DNA from: Acidobacteriota bacterium
GTDB lineage: Bacteria; Acidobacteriota; UBA6911; RPQK01; JAJDTT01
Length of the DNA stretch: 64,000 nucleotides
Assembly (NCBI GenBank): GCA_965217775.1
Contig: CBDCJH010000002.1
Location: 2,688,001 to 2,752,000, forward strand
Reading direction: 5' to 3'
The position numbers and the translations under genes were made by a program. How positions within the stretch are numbered: the stretch's first letter is position 1; the number at the start of each line of letters is the position of its first letter. This document shows positions 1 to 11,192 of this stretch, in pieces. A model generated the notes under the pieces. The model did no database searches. It was given only the letters and a program-made list of their open reading frames with translations, and was not told where the DNA came from.

Positions 1-2
1 GG

Positions 3-1373
3 ATGGCGGTCCCGGACCTGAAGGTGGAGGCGGGCCGCAAAGTCCTCTTCCTGGACATGCTGGAGGTGAGCGAGACCAACGGACTGATCGAGAGCTTCCA
101 ACCCATGAAGAAGCATCCGGCCAACCCGGTGCTTAGAACCGGTCCTCCGGGCAGTTTCGACAGTCTCCGCGCCCACGCCTACGGAGAGATCCTCTACGAC
201 GGGGGGCGATTCCGGATGTGGTACTCGGGCCTATCTCAGGAGTACACGACGAACCAGCGGTCTCCTCATTACGTGGGCTACGCCGAGAGCCCCGACGGGG
301 TGAACTGGGTCAAGCCCAATCTGAACCAGGTGGAATACAAGGGGTCCAAAGCCAACAACATCATGGACATGAGCGGGGATGGCGGGAGCGCCTACATGCC
401 CATGGTGGTCAAGGACGAACGGGAGCCGGATCCCGAGCGCCGCTACAAGGCCATCGTGGCCACACGAGGCAATCCGCTCCTCTATTCACCCGACGGCATT
501 CACTGGACCCGGGGCGGCCGCGTCCAGATGTCGTTCGGCGACCGGCGCAATCTCTTCTACGACCATCTGGAACCAAAACCGGAGCGTCGCTGGAAGGTGT
601 ACTCCCATTGCGCGAGAGAGACCTACAAATGGGTCCGTATGACCTGCGTTTACTGGAGCCCCGACCTTCTGGAGTGGACCAGCGATCCCAGGAACCCCAA
701 CATGATGCCCCGTGCCGGCCTGGAGGCGGAGCAGCATCTGACCTCGGTCTGGCCGGACGCCGGCATCTATCCCGGCGTGTTCGACATCTGGGGCCCCGAC
801 CACCGGATGCCCCAGCAGTTGATCGTCAGCCGGGACGGAGTCAATTTTGTCCATGTCTTCGACGGGCGGCCCGTGATCGAATTGGGCCGGGACGGAGAAT
901 GGGACGCCGGCTGGGTCTCTCCCGTGAACGTCCCCTTGGAAGTCAAGGGCGAACTCTGGTTCTACTATTCCGGCAGCGCCACCACCATCGGATGGTTCCA
1001 CGATTGGATCATGACTCCCATGTACACCGGTCTGGCCACCATCCGCCGGGACGGGTTCGTCAGCCTGGAGGTGGCGGGGAGGTCCGAGTCCGGTTCCTGG
1101 ACCACCATCCCCCTGAAGCCGACGGGGGCGCCCCTGGAATTGGAACTGAATGCAACGGGACTCTATCGAGGCCGAGGCCGGATTCTCGTGGAGCTGTTGC
1201 AGGGGGACCGGGTCGTGGCTCGGAGCAACGCCGTAACCGGTGACGGCCTGGCGGTGCCGGTCTCCTGGCCCTACGGGGGAGAACAGCTCAGTCTTCCCAC
1301 CAGCGGAGAACCGCTCCGGCTGCGATTCCATCTGGAGGGTCACGCCCGGCTCTACAGCTTTTCCTTCAGGTGA
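3..1373 (+). CDS. Five-bladed beta-propeller glycoside hydrolase-like protein (GH32/GH130-like); may be 5'-truncated by the window edge
   Basis: 456-aa ORF with repeated propeller-blade motifs (NPVL..G..G.FD, FRMWYSG, YAES.DG..W.KP, S.DG..W, LWFYYSG, R.DGFVSL) and a C-terminal beta-sandwich ending LYSFSF. Confidence 0.65.
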   Translation: MAVPDLKVEAGRKVLFLDMLEVSETNGLIESFQPMKKHPANPVLRTGPPGSFDSLRAHAYGEILYDGGRFRMWYSGLSQEYTTNQRSPHYVGYAESPDGVNWVKPNLNQVEYKGSKANNIMDMSGDGGSAYMPMVVKDEREPDPERRYKAIVATRGNPLLYSPDGIHWTRGGRVQMSFGDRRNLFYDHLEPKPERRWKVYSHCARETYKWVRMTCVYWSPDLLEWTSDPRNPNMMPRAGLEAEQHLTSVWPDAGIYPGVFDIWGPDHRMPQQLIVSRDGVNFVHVFDGRPVIELGRDGEWDAGWVSPVNVPLEVKGELWFYYSGSATTIGWFHDWIMTPMYTGLATIRRDGFVSLEVAGRSESGSWTTIPLKPTGAPLELELNATGLYRGRGRILVELLQGDRVVARSNAVTGDGLAVPVSWPYGGEQLSLPTSGEPLRLRFHLEGHARLYSFSFR

Positions 1374-1409
1374 TTCCGCGGAGCCGTGCCCCGGCCGGAT
1401 GCCGGTGTA

Positions 1410-2708
1410 ATGCGAAATCCCATCTCGACTGAGACGCGCACGCGCATTCTCACCATGTTCGCCCTGGTGTTCGCCGGGGAGATGATGTACAGCCTGCCGT
1501 TTCACATTCTTCGTTTCTTCCGACCGACCGTGCTCGAAGTCTTCGACTTTTCCAATGCCGACCTGGGTGACATCTTCGCGCCCTACGGCATCACCGCGAT
1601 GCTCTGCTATTTCCCGGGAGGGATTCTCGCCGACCGCTTCTCGGCCCGTAAGCTGATGAGCATTTCGCTCGTGGTCACGGCCGCGGGCGGTCTCTATCTC
1701 ATGACCCTGCCCGGGATCCTGGGCATGTCGATCCTGTATGCGTTCTGGGGGGTGACGAGCGTGCTCCTTTTCTGGTGCGCCCTGATCCGCGCGACCCGGG
1801 AGTGGGGGGGACAACTCGCTCAAGGCCGGGGATTCGGCCTCCTGGACGGTGGCCGCGGTCTGATCGCGGCACTGTTCGCCAGCGGCGGCGTCGTTCTGCT
1901 CAGCCTCCGAATCGGAGCCGATCCGACGATCGCCGACCCGGCCGAACGCGCGGCCGCCCTGCAGACGGTCATCCTCTTCTACACCATCTCCACTCTGGCG
2001 GCAGCAGCCGCGGTGTGGTGGCTCATACCCGAAACGCCCTCGGGCTCGCCAGTGCGCCGACGGCAGACCTGGGCGAACGTCCGGAAAGTTCTCGGCATTC
2101 GCGCGGTGTGGCTGCAGGCCGTCATCGTGATCTGCGCGTACTGCGGCTTCAAGGGACTCGACAACTATTCCCTCTACTACTACGAAGTGCTGGGCATGAA
2201 CGAGACCGATGCCGCCGGTTTCGCCGCCACTACAGGCTACCTCCGTCCCGGCGGCGCCATCCTCGCCGGAATCGTGGGAGACCGATTCGGGATCGCCTGG
2301 ACGACCACGGTGCTGTTCACGTCCCTTGCCGCCAGTTGGGCCTTACTCGCTTTCCTGGGGACGAGTCCGGAACTCGTGGTGATCCTGTACGCGAACCTGA
2401 TTGTGACCATCTTCGGTGTGTACGCGCTGCGCGGCCTCTACTTCGCCCTTCTGGAGCAGACCCGCGTGCCCCATGCGCTGACCGGGACCGCGGTCGGCGT
2501 GATCTCCCTGGTGGGCTATACGCCGGACATCTTCTACTACATGATCGCCGGCCGGCTCTTGGACGCAACACCCGGGATCGGCGGGCATCAACACTACTTC
2601 CTCCTGCTCTCGGGCCTGGCGACTGTGGGGCTCGCCGCCGCCGCCATCCTGCACCATGGTCACGGGCGCCGGATTGGACGGAGAAGTCCAGGAAGCGCCG
2701 TCAATTAG
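1410..2708 (+). CDS. MFS transporter
   Basis: About 12 hydrophobic segments; MFS motif A GGILADRFSARK and a second copy GIVGDRFG. Confidence 0.85.
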   Translation: MRNPISTETRTRILTMFALVFAGEMMYSLPFHILRFFRPTVLEVFDFSNADLGDIFAPYGITAMLCYFPGGILADRFSARKLMSISLVVTAAGGLYLMTLPGILGMSILYAFWGVTSVLLFWCALIRATREWGGQLAQGRGFGLLDGGRGLIAALFASGGVVLLSLRIGADPTIADPAERAAALQTVILFYTISTLAAAAAVWWLIPETPSGSPVRRRQTWANVRKVLGIRAVWLQAVIVICAYCGFKGLDNYSLYYYEVLGMNETDAAGFAATTGYLRPGGAILAGIVGDRFGIAWTTTVLFTSLAASWALLAFLGTSPELVVILYANLIVTIFGVYALRGLYFALLEQTRVPHALTGTAVGVISLVGYTPDIFYYMIAGRLLDATPGIGGHQHYFLLLSGLATVGLAAAAILHHGHGRRIGRRSPGSAVN

Positions 2709-2751
2709 GAGACCGGCCAACTCGCGGGGACGATCTGGAACTCGATTCGTC

Positions 2752-4665
2752 TCAGTCCTTGTCCTGACCGCCGCTTCTCAACTGCTGCTCCAGCAGGTTC
2801 CCGGCGACCTCCAGGAAGTCCCGGTAGGTAACGATGCCCACCAGACGATTGTCCTGAACCACTGGAAGGCATCCGATTCTCTCGCGGCGCATAAGGGCGA
2901 TGGCTTCCACCGTCAACGTCTCCGGAGTGACGGTGATGGGATCCGGCTTCATGATCCGGCGGACCGGCTCCATCTTGCGTTGTCCGGCGCCCTGGCGGAT
3001 GAAGAAGCTGAAGATGGTGCGATAGGAGACCAGTCCCACCAGGCGGTTCCGTTCGTCCTCCACCGGGATGTGCCGGACCCGCTTCCAGTCCATGATATTG
3101 GCGGCCAGATCGATGGGGTCCTCCGGCTGGACCGTGAACACCTCCGCGGTCATGTATTGCTCGATCCTTCTGTAGTGAGCCCGCCAGTCGCCTCCCTCGT
3201 CCGATTCGGCCAACGGCCAGGAATGCACGGGTTTCCCTTGCCTCTGGCGCCGGTGAGTGGCTGCTGTCAGGGCCACCAGAGTCCCGCCCCGGCGCCGGCT
3301 GCCCCCCATTCGGGAATACGATCGCAGCAGCCAGTCCGCTCCCGTCCGGCCCTTCTCCGCACGATTTTCGATGACGCCCAGGTAACGCTCGATGTCCTCG
3401 GCGCGGATGCCGCGGTGCCGGAGCCCCTCCCTGGCCAAGGGCAGGAGCCGCCGGACAATCAGCTCGGGAGCGAGCATGGATTCTCCATCCAGCCAGACCA
3501 GCTGCGCGTTCAGGCCCGAACGAGCGGCCGACTGGAAGTTGGACTTGACCTCCCCAAAGGAGATCCGGGTGGTGACGTCGTCGTGCTCCTGGGCCACGCC
3601 CGTGACCAAGCCGCAGAAGAAGGCGGCGTTGGCCACCTCATCCAGCACCGAGGGACCGGCCGGAAGGACTCGATTCTCGATTCGCAGATGGGCCCGGCCC
3701 TGGTGAACTCCGTAACAGGGCCGATTCCAGCGGTAGACGGTGCCGTTGAACAGGCTGAGCGCCTTGAGCTTCGGCAGCCGGTTGCGGGAAAGCGCCTGAA
3801 TCGGATCCTCCGTTTTCTTGACCTTCATCAGAGCCCGGAAATGGGTCACGTCCTCTTGGAAAATATCCAGCACCGAACCTCGAACCCAGCGGTCCCCGAA
3901 ACCGACCCGAGGTCTCGCGTTGCGCGGATAGGCGAATGGCCGGCGCGTGTCGACGGAGAGTTGGAAGAGGGCGATCCGGGTTTCCTGCCAGAGTCTCTTG
4001 CCCAGCAGGAGAGGAGAGTTGACGGCGGCGGCCAGCACCGGCGCCGTCGCCAACTGGGCGATGTTGTAATAGCGGGGAAACTGATCCGGAGGGACTTGAA
4101 GGTGCACCTGGAAGCTGGTGTTGCAGGCCTCCAACATGATGGTCCTGACCTTGACCATCAATTCGTCGATCCCCCGGATGCGCAGGGAATGAGTCTCGCC
4201 GCGCAGCTTGGTGATCGCCTCCGAGAGGGTATGATAACGCTGTTGCGGGCTCATGTTCCGGTTGGTGAGCTGAGACAGGGTGAGAGTGGGCAAGATGCCC
4301 GCGAGCAGGATCCGCGCCCCGTGAGCGCGGGCCAGGACGGCCAGCTCCTCGATCGAACTGTTGAGCTGGCGCTCCGTCTCTTCCAGACAGCCGTCCCGGA
4401 ATTCCAGGGGATCGAAGTTGATCTCCAGATTGAATCGCCCCAACTCGTGGGTGACGTGGGGATTCCGGTTGTCCTCCAGAATCCGGGGACCCACGGGAGC
4501 CGGCTGCCAGGAGTCGTCCACCAGGAAGAGTTCCTGCTCGATGCCGATTCTCCTCGGGCCCGACTCGATCTTGCCCTGCTCGAGCATCAGACCAAGGGCT
4601 CGAAGGTCATCGAGCACAGAGTCCATGAAGCTCTGCGGATTCCCCGTGTCCGCCAGTTCGTCCAT
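2752..4665 (-). CDS. Glutamate-cysteine ligase family (GCS2) protein with a C-terminal CBS pair
   Basis: IGIEQE, ELGRFNLE, FQVHLQV, YRWNRPCY, HLRIENR motifs; C-terminal M..EVFTV.PED...RHIPV..LVGLVS and IM..DPITV...CLPVV..LVGIVT CBS repeats. Confidence 0.85.
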   Translation of the reverse strand: MDELADTGNPQSFMDSVLDDLRALGLMLEQGKIESGPRRIGIEQELFLVDDSWQPAPVGPRILEDNRNPHVTHELGRFNLEINFDPLEFRDGCLEETERQLNSSIEELAVLARAHGARILLAGILPTLTLSQLTNRNMSPQQRYHTLSEAITKLRGETHSLRIRGIDELMVKVRTIMLEACNTSFQVHLQVPPDQFPRYYNIAQLATAPVLAAAVNSPLLLGKRLWQETRIALFQLSVDTRRPFAYPRNARPRVGFGDRWVRGSVLDIFQEDVTHFRALMKVKKTEDPIQALSRNRLPKLKALSLFNGTVYRWNRPCYGVHQGRAHLRIENRVLPAGPSVLDEVANAAFFCGLVTGVAQEHDDVTTRISFGEVKSNFQSAARSGLNAQLVWLDGESMLAPELIVRRLLPLAREGLRHRGIRAEDIERYLGVIENRAEKGRTGADWLLRSYSRMGGSRRRGGTLVALTAATHRRQRQGKPVHSWPLAESDEGGDWRAHYRRIEQYMTAEVFTVQPEDPIDLAANIMDWKRVRHIPVEDERNRLVGLVSYRTIFSFFIRQGAGQRKMEPVRRIMKPDPITVTPETLTVEAIALMRRERIGCLPVVQDNRLVGIVTYRDFLEVAGNLLEQQLRSGGQDKD

Positions 4666-4713
4666 CCGTAATCCTCGTGTCCGTCCGTTGGAACGGGAAA
4701 GGACGCTTCCGGG

Positions 4714-6288
4714 TCAATCGCCGGGACCGGAAAAGAAATCGACGTTCTTCCGCACGAGTTCCGGCGACCAGATGCGAATCCGGGACACCTTTCCGGTGTC
4801 GTCGAACGAGCCCACGCCGATCCACCCTTCAGCGAACGTCTGGTCCTGGGCGCTCATGACGGGCTTGGACATATCGTTGACGAAAACCTGAATGGAGCCG
4901 CTCTCCAGGTCGCGCCGGATCCGGACCTGGTGCCAGTCCCTCTCCCCCCAGTCGTGTCCGGCGGTCGTCGTCGTGGAGATCTTCACCCGTGCCTCGCCGT
5001 TGACCAGAAAGATGTTGTGGGCGTGGTCGTCGGTCCGGGAAGCGATGTGGGCGTAGTAGAAGTGCGCCGGGTCCTGGAAACCGAAGAAGAAACAGAGATC
5101 CCGGTGACCGTATTCCCGGCCCGTCTGCCGGACCCGCAGATCCACGACGAAACTGCCGAATTGCTGGCGATCGACCAGCGCGATGTTCAGGGGGGAACGG
5201 TGCGGAGGCTGGTACCGGCTCTGCCGAAAATGCTCCAAGGCCGGCTCTCCCTGGCTTCGGACGGAGTAGCGCCACGCCCCCGGATCGGAGAAGACGAAGT
5301 TCCGGAGCGCCTCTTTACTCCCCATTCCCTGGTTGTAGAGCAACCGGTGCCCCGCCGGCACTTCGGGCCCGGGCGCCGGCGTCAGATCCACCATCACGAC
5401 CTCGGTCGTCGTGGGGAACCGATCGGGCACGGGAAGGGTGACCCGATCCTTGGCCAACCACTCGACGCTACGGGTGAAAATGGTCTGAAAACCCACGCAG
5501 TGCAGCGAGTTCCGGTGTTCCTGTCCGGGCCAGTGGTGCCCCATCAGGTTGGTGACGACCCGGCCCTGGCCGTAGGGGATCACCCAGACCAGGGGCTCGT
5601 GCTGGCCGGACCCGGATTGCTTCGGGTCGGAATAGGCGGAAGCCAGAACCGTCATGTCCAAGGCCGGTCCCCGCTGACCATGGTAAAGCTCGTCGGTGGC
5701 GTGCATCCAGCGGACCGGAATTCCCTTCATGATGGGATGCTCCGGTTTCCGGATCCGGACCAGGTAGGAATGCCGCCGCCCGTGTCCGCCGCCGATGCCG
5801 GTGCCTCGGAGGATGCGCAGAAGCCGGCCGCTGGCGTCGTCGACGGCGATGGCGTCGCCGTAGTCCCGGTCCCGCCATCCCAGGCCGATCATCCGGTTGT
5901 ACTCGGTCCATTCGGGAAAGGCGTTGTTGGCGGCGTGGATGATCGCCAGACCCCCTCCGGAGTGGACGTACTCCTCCAACGCCTCCTGCACCGCTCTGGG
6001 CCACGGTTGACCGTTGTAGTTGCTGACGACGACGTCGAACGCCCGGAAATCAGGCCACCAGCGGCGCCAGGCGCCGGGTTCCGCTTCCTGGGGCGGGCTG
6101 GTGGCAGTGACGACCTGGAACAGACCGGTACGCTCCAGTGCGCCGCGGAGCGATTCGCTGGTCTCGACCCAGTTGTGGTTGTTCTGCCCGTCGAGCAGAA
6201 GAACTCGAATCTTCCCTTCCCCTCGGAGTTCCCCGTCCGGAATGAGCAATGAGAGGCAAATCAGGCAGCAGGTCCATATCCGAATCAT
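4714..6288 (-). CDS. Secreted ThuA-like domain protein fused to a ConA-like/DUF1080-type domain
   Basis: Signal peptide; LDGQNNHNW, VVVSNYNG, HAANNAF, DELYH.QRGP, YGQGRV ThuA motifs; C-terminal WHQVRI.R...G.IGVGSFDD; GAGGAGG RBS. Confidence 0.75.
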   Translation of the reverse strand: MIRIWTCCLICLSLLIPDGELRGEGKIRVLLLDGQNNHNWVETSESLRGALERTGLFQVVTATSPPQEAEPGAWRRWWPDFRAFDVVVSNYNGQPWPRAVQEALEEYVHSGGGLAIIHAANNAFPEWTEYNRMIGLGWRDRDYGDAIAVDDASGRLLRILRGTGIGGGHGRRHSYLVRIRKPEHPIMKGIPVRWMHATDELYHGQRGPALDMTVLASAYSDPKQSGSGQHEPLVWVIPYGQGRVVTNLMGHHWPGQEHRNSLHCVGFQTIFTRSVEWLAKDRVTLPVPDRFPTTTEVVMVDLTPAPGPEVPAGHRLLYNQGMGSKEALRNFVFSDPGAWRYSVRSQGEPALEHFRQSRYQPPHRSPLNIALVDRQQFGSFVVDLRVRQTGREYGHRDLCFFFGFQDPAHFYYAHIASRTDDHAHNIFLVNGEARVKISTTTTAGHDWGERDWHQVRIRRDLESGSIQVFVNDMSKPVMSAQDQTFAEGWIGVGSFDDTGKVSRIRIWSPELVRKNVDFFSGPGD

Positions 6289-6503
6289 GATCGGTTCCAC
6301 CTCCTCGTTTCAGTCCGGCAACCGACCCTTGGAGCTCAGCCGGAGGCCGGTCGGGAATCTCGTTCGAGAGGGAATTGTATGGAGACACGGTAGATCCGAC
6401 AAGTCAGGGGCGCCCGTGAGAGGCGGGGCAGTCGGCTCCATTCTCCGTTATTCTAAGTCTGGAGCAACGGTACGCCGGAAGTGCCGAAACTGGAGAAGTT
6501 TGA

Positions 6504-8101
<1,598 letters not shown>

Positions 8102-8102
<1 letters not shown>

Positions 8103-8199
8103 GAACGGCGATTTCCCAACCGCCGATGGGAGCGGCGGTTTCCAACCGCCGAACTCCCGACGAAACATGGGGGAACGGGCGACTGAAAGTCGCCCCTCC
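8102..8199. repeat. REP/REPIN-like palindrome cluster (GGAG family)
   Basis: GGAACGGCGATTTCCCAACCGCCG, GGGAGCGGCGGTTTCCAACCGCCGA and an inverted GGGCGACTGAAAGTCGCCCCTCC directly after the pckA stop. Confidence 0.8.
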
Positions 8200-8217
8200 T
8201 TGGAAACTCCCTCCTAG

Positions 8218-8326
8218 GAGGCTGTCCGAGAACTCGAAAAATCACGATCCCGAAAAACCTATCTCCTTATAAATCAATAACTTAAATTTGGATATTTGGA
8301 CGAACATCGCATTCTCGGACAGGCTC
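8218..8326. mobile_element. MITE-like non-autonomous element A (109 bp)
   Basis: Terminal inverted repeats GAGGCTGTCCGAGAA / TTCTCGGACAGGCTC (14/15), CTAG on both sides (8214-8217, 8327-8330), AT-rich interior, no ORF. Confidence 0.75.
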
Positions 8327-8330
8327 CTAG

Positions 8331-8489
8331 GAGCCTGCGCCGCAGAAATTGATCTACTGCGAAAGCGGTAGAATCGGTCCATATTTCCCCGATTTCTCGG
8401 CGAATAGCACAACTATGCACCTCCAAATCGAGAAAATCTGGCCTCGATTCCCCACTTTCTCGCTACGATCATTTCTACCGCGCAGACTC
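8331..8489. mobile_element. MITE-like non-autonomous element B (159 bp)
   Basis: Imperfect TIRs GAGCCTGCGCCGCAGAAAT / ATTTCTACCGCGCAGACTC; left flank CTAG shared with element A, right flank CTA(C) is the stop codon of the neighbouring gene. Confidence 0.6.
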
Positions 8490-9503
8490 CTACTTCAGGC
8501 GCACCATCCGCTGGACCCGGCTGCCTTGGATGTCGCCCAGGTAGACGTCTCCCCGAGAGTCGACGGCGACGGCATGGACCCAGTTCAACGAGCCCGGCTC
8601 CCCCATCGCGCTCAGGGGAAAGGTCCAGTGCTCCAGGACCCGGCCTTCCGTGTTGAACTTCATCAGGATCTGGTCCTTGGGCGGGGCGCCCAAGCGGCCA
8701 CCACTTCCCCAACGCATGGGGGAGGACCCGCAGGCGTAGATCTCGTCGGTCTCGGACACCCAGAGCCCCCAGGGCACCAGGAGGTTCCGCCACTCGGCCA
8801 GGAAGCGTCCGTCCTGCTCGAAAACCTGGACCCGGGCGTTGCTGCGGTCCGCAACATAGAGGCGGCCCTTGGAGTCGACGACGATGCCGTGGGGCGTGTC
8901 GAATTCACCCGGAGCCGTTCCCAACTTTCCCCAAGTCTTGACGAAGCGGCCGTCGGCATCGTAGTGGACGACCCGGCTGTTTCCGTAGCCGTCGGTGACG
9001 AAAATGTCCCCGGCGGGCGTGATGGCCATATCGGTGGGACGGTTGAAGTGGCGGCCGTCCTCTCCGGCCTCACCCGGAACCCCCAGGGTCATGAGCAGCT
9101 TACCCTCGGGCGTGAACTTGTAGACCGCGTGGGCGCCGGCGTCCGACAGCCAGACGTTTCCCTCCGGCCCGATCTTCATATGGTGGGCACTTTTGAAGCC
9201 CTTGTCTTCCCAGGATCGGACCAGGGACCCATCCTGCCCGTAGACCTGGACGGGATCCTTACCCCGATGGAAGATCCAGACCTGGTCCTTGGCATCGACG
9301 TAAAGACCGGGCATCTGTCCCCATTCGAGACCGGCGGGCTTACGGGGCCATTCCGGGTCGACTTGATACCCAACGGCCAAGTTCACCTTGTCCGGTGCAG
9401 CAGCACTCCCCGAAATGATTCCGCCGGACCCGGTCAACCACCAGGAGAGGCCCAAAATGCTCCCCAGGGCAACGGCCTGCACCATGAGATACCTTCTGTT
9501 CAT
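8490..9503 (-). CDS. Secreted NHL-repeat protein (peptidyl-alpha-hydroxyglycine alpha-amidating lyase family)
   Basis: Signal peptide; NHL blades FNRPTDMAI..DIFVTDGYGNSRV, FDTPHGIVVD..LYVADRSNARVQVF; RBS AGGAGG before ATG 9503. Confidence 0.85.
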   Translation of the reverse strand: MNRRYLMVQAVALGSILGLSWWLTGSGGIISGSAAAPDKVNLAVGYQVDPEWPRKPAGLEWGQMPGLYVDAKDQVWIFHRGKDPVQVYGQDGSLVRSWEDKGFKSAHHMKIGPEGNVWLSDAGAHAVYKFTPEGKLLMTLGVPGEAGEDGRHFNRPTDMAITPAGDIFVTDGYGNSRVVHYDADGRFVKTWGKLGTAPGEFDTPHGIVVDSKGRLYVADRSNARVQVFEQDGRFLAEWRNLLVPWGLWVSETDEIYACGSSPMRWGSGGRLGAPPKDQILMKFNTEGRVLEHWTFPLSAMGEPGSLNWVHAVAVDSRGDVYLGDIQGSRVQRMVRLK

Positions 9504-9529
9504 AATTCTTTCCTCCTGGCGACTCCCGG

Positions 9530-10276
9530 TCACAATCTCTTGAGCCGGATGTCCTTGAACTCCACGTGGACTCCCAGGTCGTGCAGTTGCAATGCAATGC
9601 CGCCCTCCTCCAGACGTCCGGACTCGGCGTTGTCGGTGAATTCGGACGACAGCTTGCCGTTGATGAAAAACCGGCAGTGGTTGCCGCGGGCGATGACGTG
9701 GACCCGATTCCATTCGGGGCGGCGGTTCACGTGATCCAGTGTCAGCGGATCTTCGATGCGGGTCAACTGCGGGGTCTCGTCGGCCCCGATGACCAACCGG
9801 GTCCCGCGGGGATTGTCGGGTTCGGGTCGGGAGCCGAAGTGGAAATCCCAGGAGCCCAGTATGTTCTTTCCAATGCCCACGTGACCCAAGTCGGCGTGGT
9901 AGCTCTCGAACGGGCGCTTCCCGGTCACGTCGACCCGGGACCGGATGTCGATCCCGGTGTTGGCCTCGGTCAGCAGCCGGTAGCTCAGCTCAAGCTCGAA
10001 GTCGCGCAGTTCCTGGTCCTTCCAGAGCAGGTAAGAAGACCTCCCCAGGCAGATTCCGACCAGTCGACCATCCTGAACGGACCAGTCCCGGCTCGTCCCG
10101 CCCCCGGCGGCGCGCCAACCCTCGAGACTCTCGCCGTCGAAGATGGACACGAACCCGGGCTCCTCGCTGGAGGTCGGACCGCCGCATCCGCACAGGAGGC
10201 CGACGCTCAGAAACGTCAGAATCGAACAGCGGAGCCGGTTGGTCCAATCGCCGTTTCGGTCAGGCCCCGAATTCAT
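9530..10276 (-). CDS. DUF1080 (3-keto-disaccharide hydrolase) family lipoprotein
   Basis: Lipobox LLCGC; GFVSIFDGESLEGW, DFELEL.Y, NTGI, WNRVHVIA, G.IALQLH...VEFKDIRLK. Confidence 0.85.
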   Translation of the reverse strand: MNSGPDRNGDWTNRLRCSILTFLSVGLLCGCGGPTSSEEPGFVSIFDGESLEGWRAAGGGTSRDWSVQDGRLVGICLGRSSYLLWKDQELRDFELELSYRLLTEANTGIDIRSRVDVTGKRPFESYHADLGHVGIGKNILGSWDFHFGSRPEPDNPRGTRLVIGADETPQLTRIEDPLTLDHVNRRPEWNRVHVIARGNHCRFFINGKLSSEFTDNAESGRLEEGGIALQLHDLGVHVEFKDIRLKRL

Positions 10277-11007
10277 TCGCCGCCCTCTTCCTGCTTCTCC
10301 CCGTAGACGTGGCGGCTGAAGATCTCACGGATCTCGGCGGCGCTGCCCGCCGCCTGCAACTGTGCCATTCGCGACTCCTCTTCCTGCTGCATGGCCCGGA
10401 CGTTCATCAGCACCGCATCAAGCTTTTCCGCGGGGAACTTGCAGGCGCCGTTTTCGTCCATGTGGATGATCTCGCCGGGCGAAACGTCCATGCCCGCCAC
10501 CGTCACCGGCACGTTGACGGCGTGGAGGGCCGTGGGACCGTGGCCGGGAGTGGCTCCGCTGAGCAGATACTGGAATTTCATGGGACGGATCTCGTCCAGA
10601 TCTCGGGACGGACCGTTGGAGATGGCCGCCACGCAGCCGATGGCCTTGAGGGCGGAGGTCATGTTGCCTCCCGACAGGCCCACCTTGCCGGCGATCTCGG
10701 GCGGGAAATTCTGCTGGAAGACCAGGACCGTGGGCTGCTCCGACGCCTCCATGGCCTCCAGCACGTCGATGAAGGTCAGTTGCTTGTAGTTGGGATCGGG
10801 GAGCCCGAAGATGCAGGTGACGGCGTAACCCACGGTCCGCCCCAATTCGGGATACATGCATCGGATGGACTGGTCCGTGTACCAGTTCGTGGACCAGGGA
10901 TTGTAGAGCCCCAGGCACAAGGGATGGTCGGGATAGGTGGCCACCACGTTGGTGATGGAGGGGGTGTCGAAGTTCTTGAGTTCTTCCAGCATTTCAGATC
11001 GGTTCAT
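10273..11007 (-). CDS. RraA family / HMG-CHA aldolase-like protein
   Basis: FDTPSITN, GYAVT, GGNM..ALKAIG, NGPSRDLDEI, V.V.VAGM.VSPG.IIH.DENG. Confidence 0.8.
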   Translation of the reverse strand: MNRSEMLEELKNFDTPSITNVVATYPDHPLCLGLYNPWSTNWYTDQSIRCMYPELGRTVGYAVTCIFGLPDPNYKQLTFIDVLEAMEASEQPTVLVFQQNFPPEIAGKVGLSGGNMTSALKAIGCVAAISNGPSRDLDEIRPMKFQYLLSGATPGHGPTALHAVNVPVTVAGMDVSPGEIIHMDENGACKFPAEKLDAVLMNVRAMQQEEESRMAQLQAAGSAAEIREIFSRHVYGEKQEEGGE

Positions 11008-11192
11008 GTCCTGTTCCTTTCGCGCCCTTCGATTCCGGGTCCGCTGCCGATAGCGGGGCCGGGTCCATATCATCACAGATGAACCGGGTTGTTGGAAGTG
11101 CCGGGAGCGGCCCCGAGTTGTAGACTGAGTGTGAGGGATCCGGTCCCTCGGGGGAACACGCGTCGCAACCGGGTGCAACGGGGGGGAGTCCC

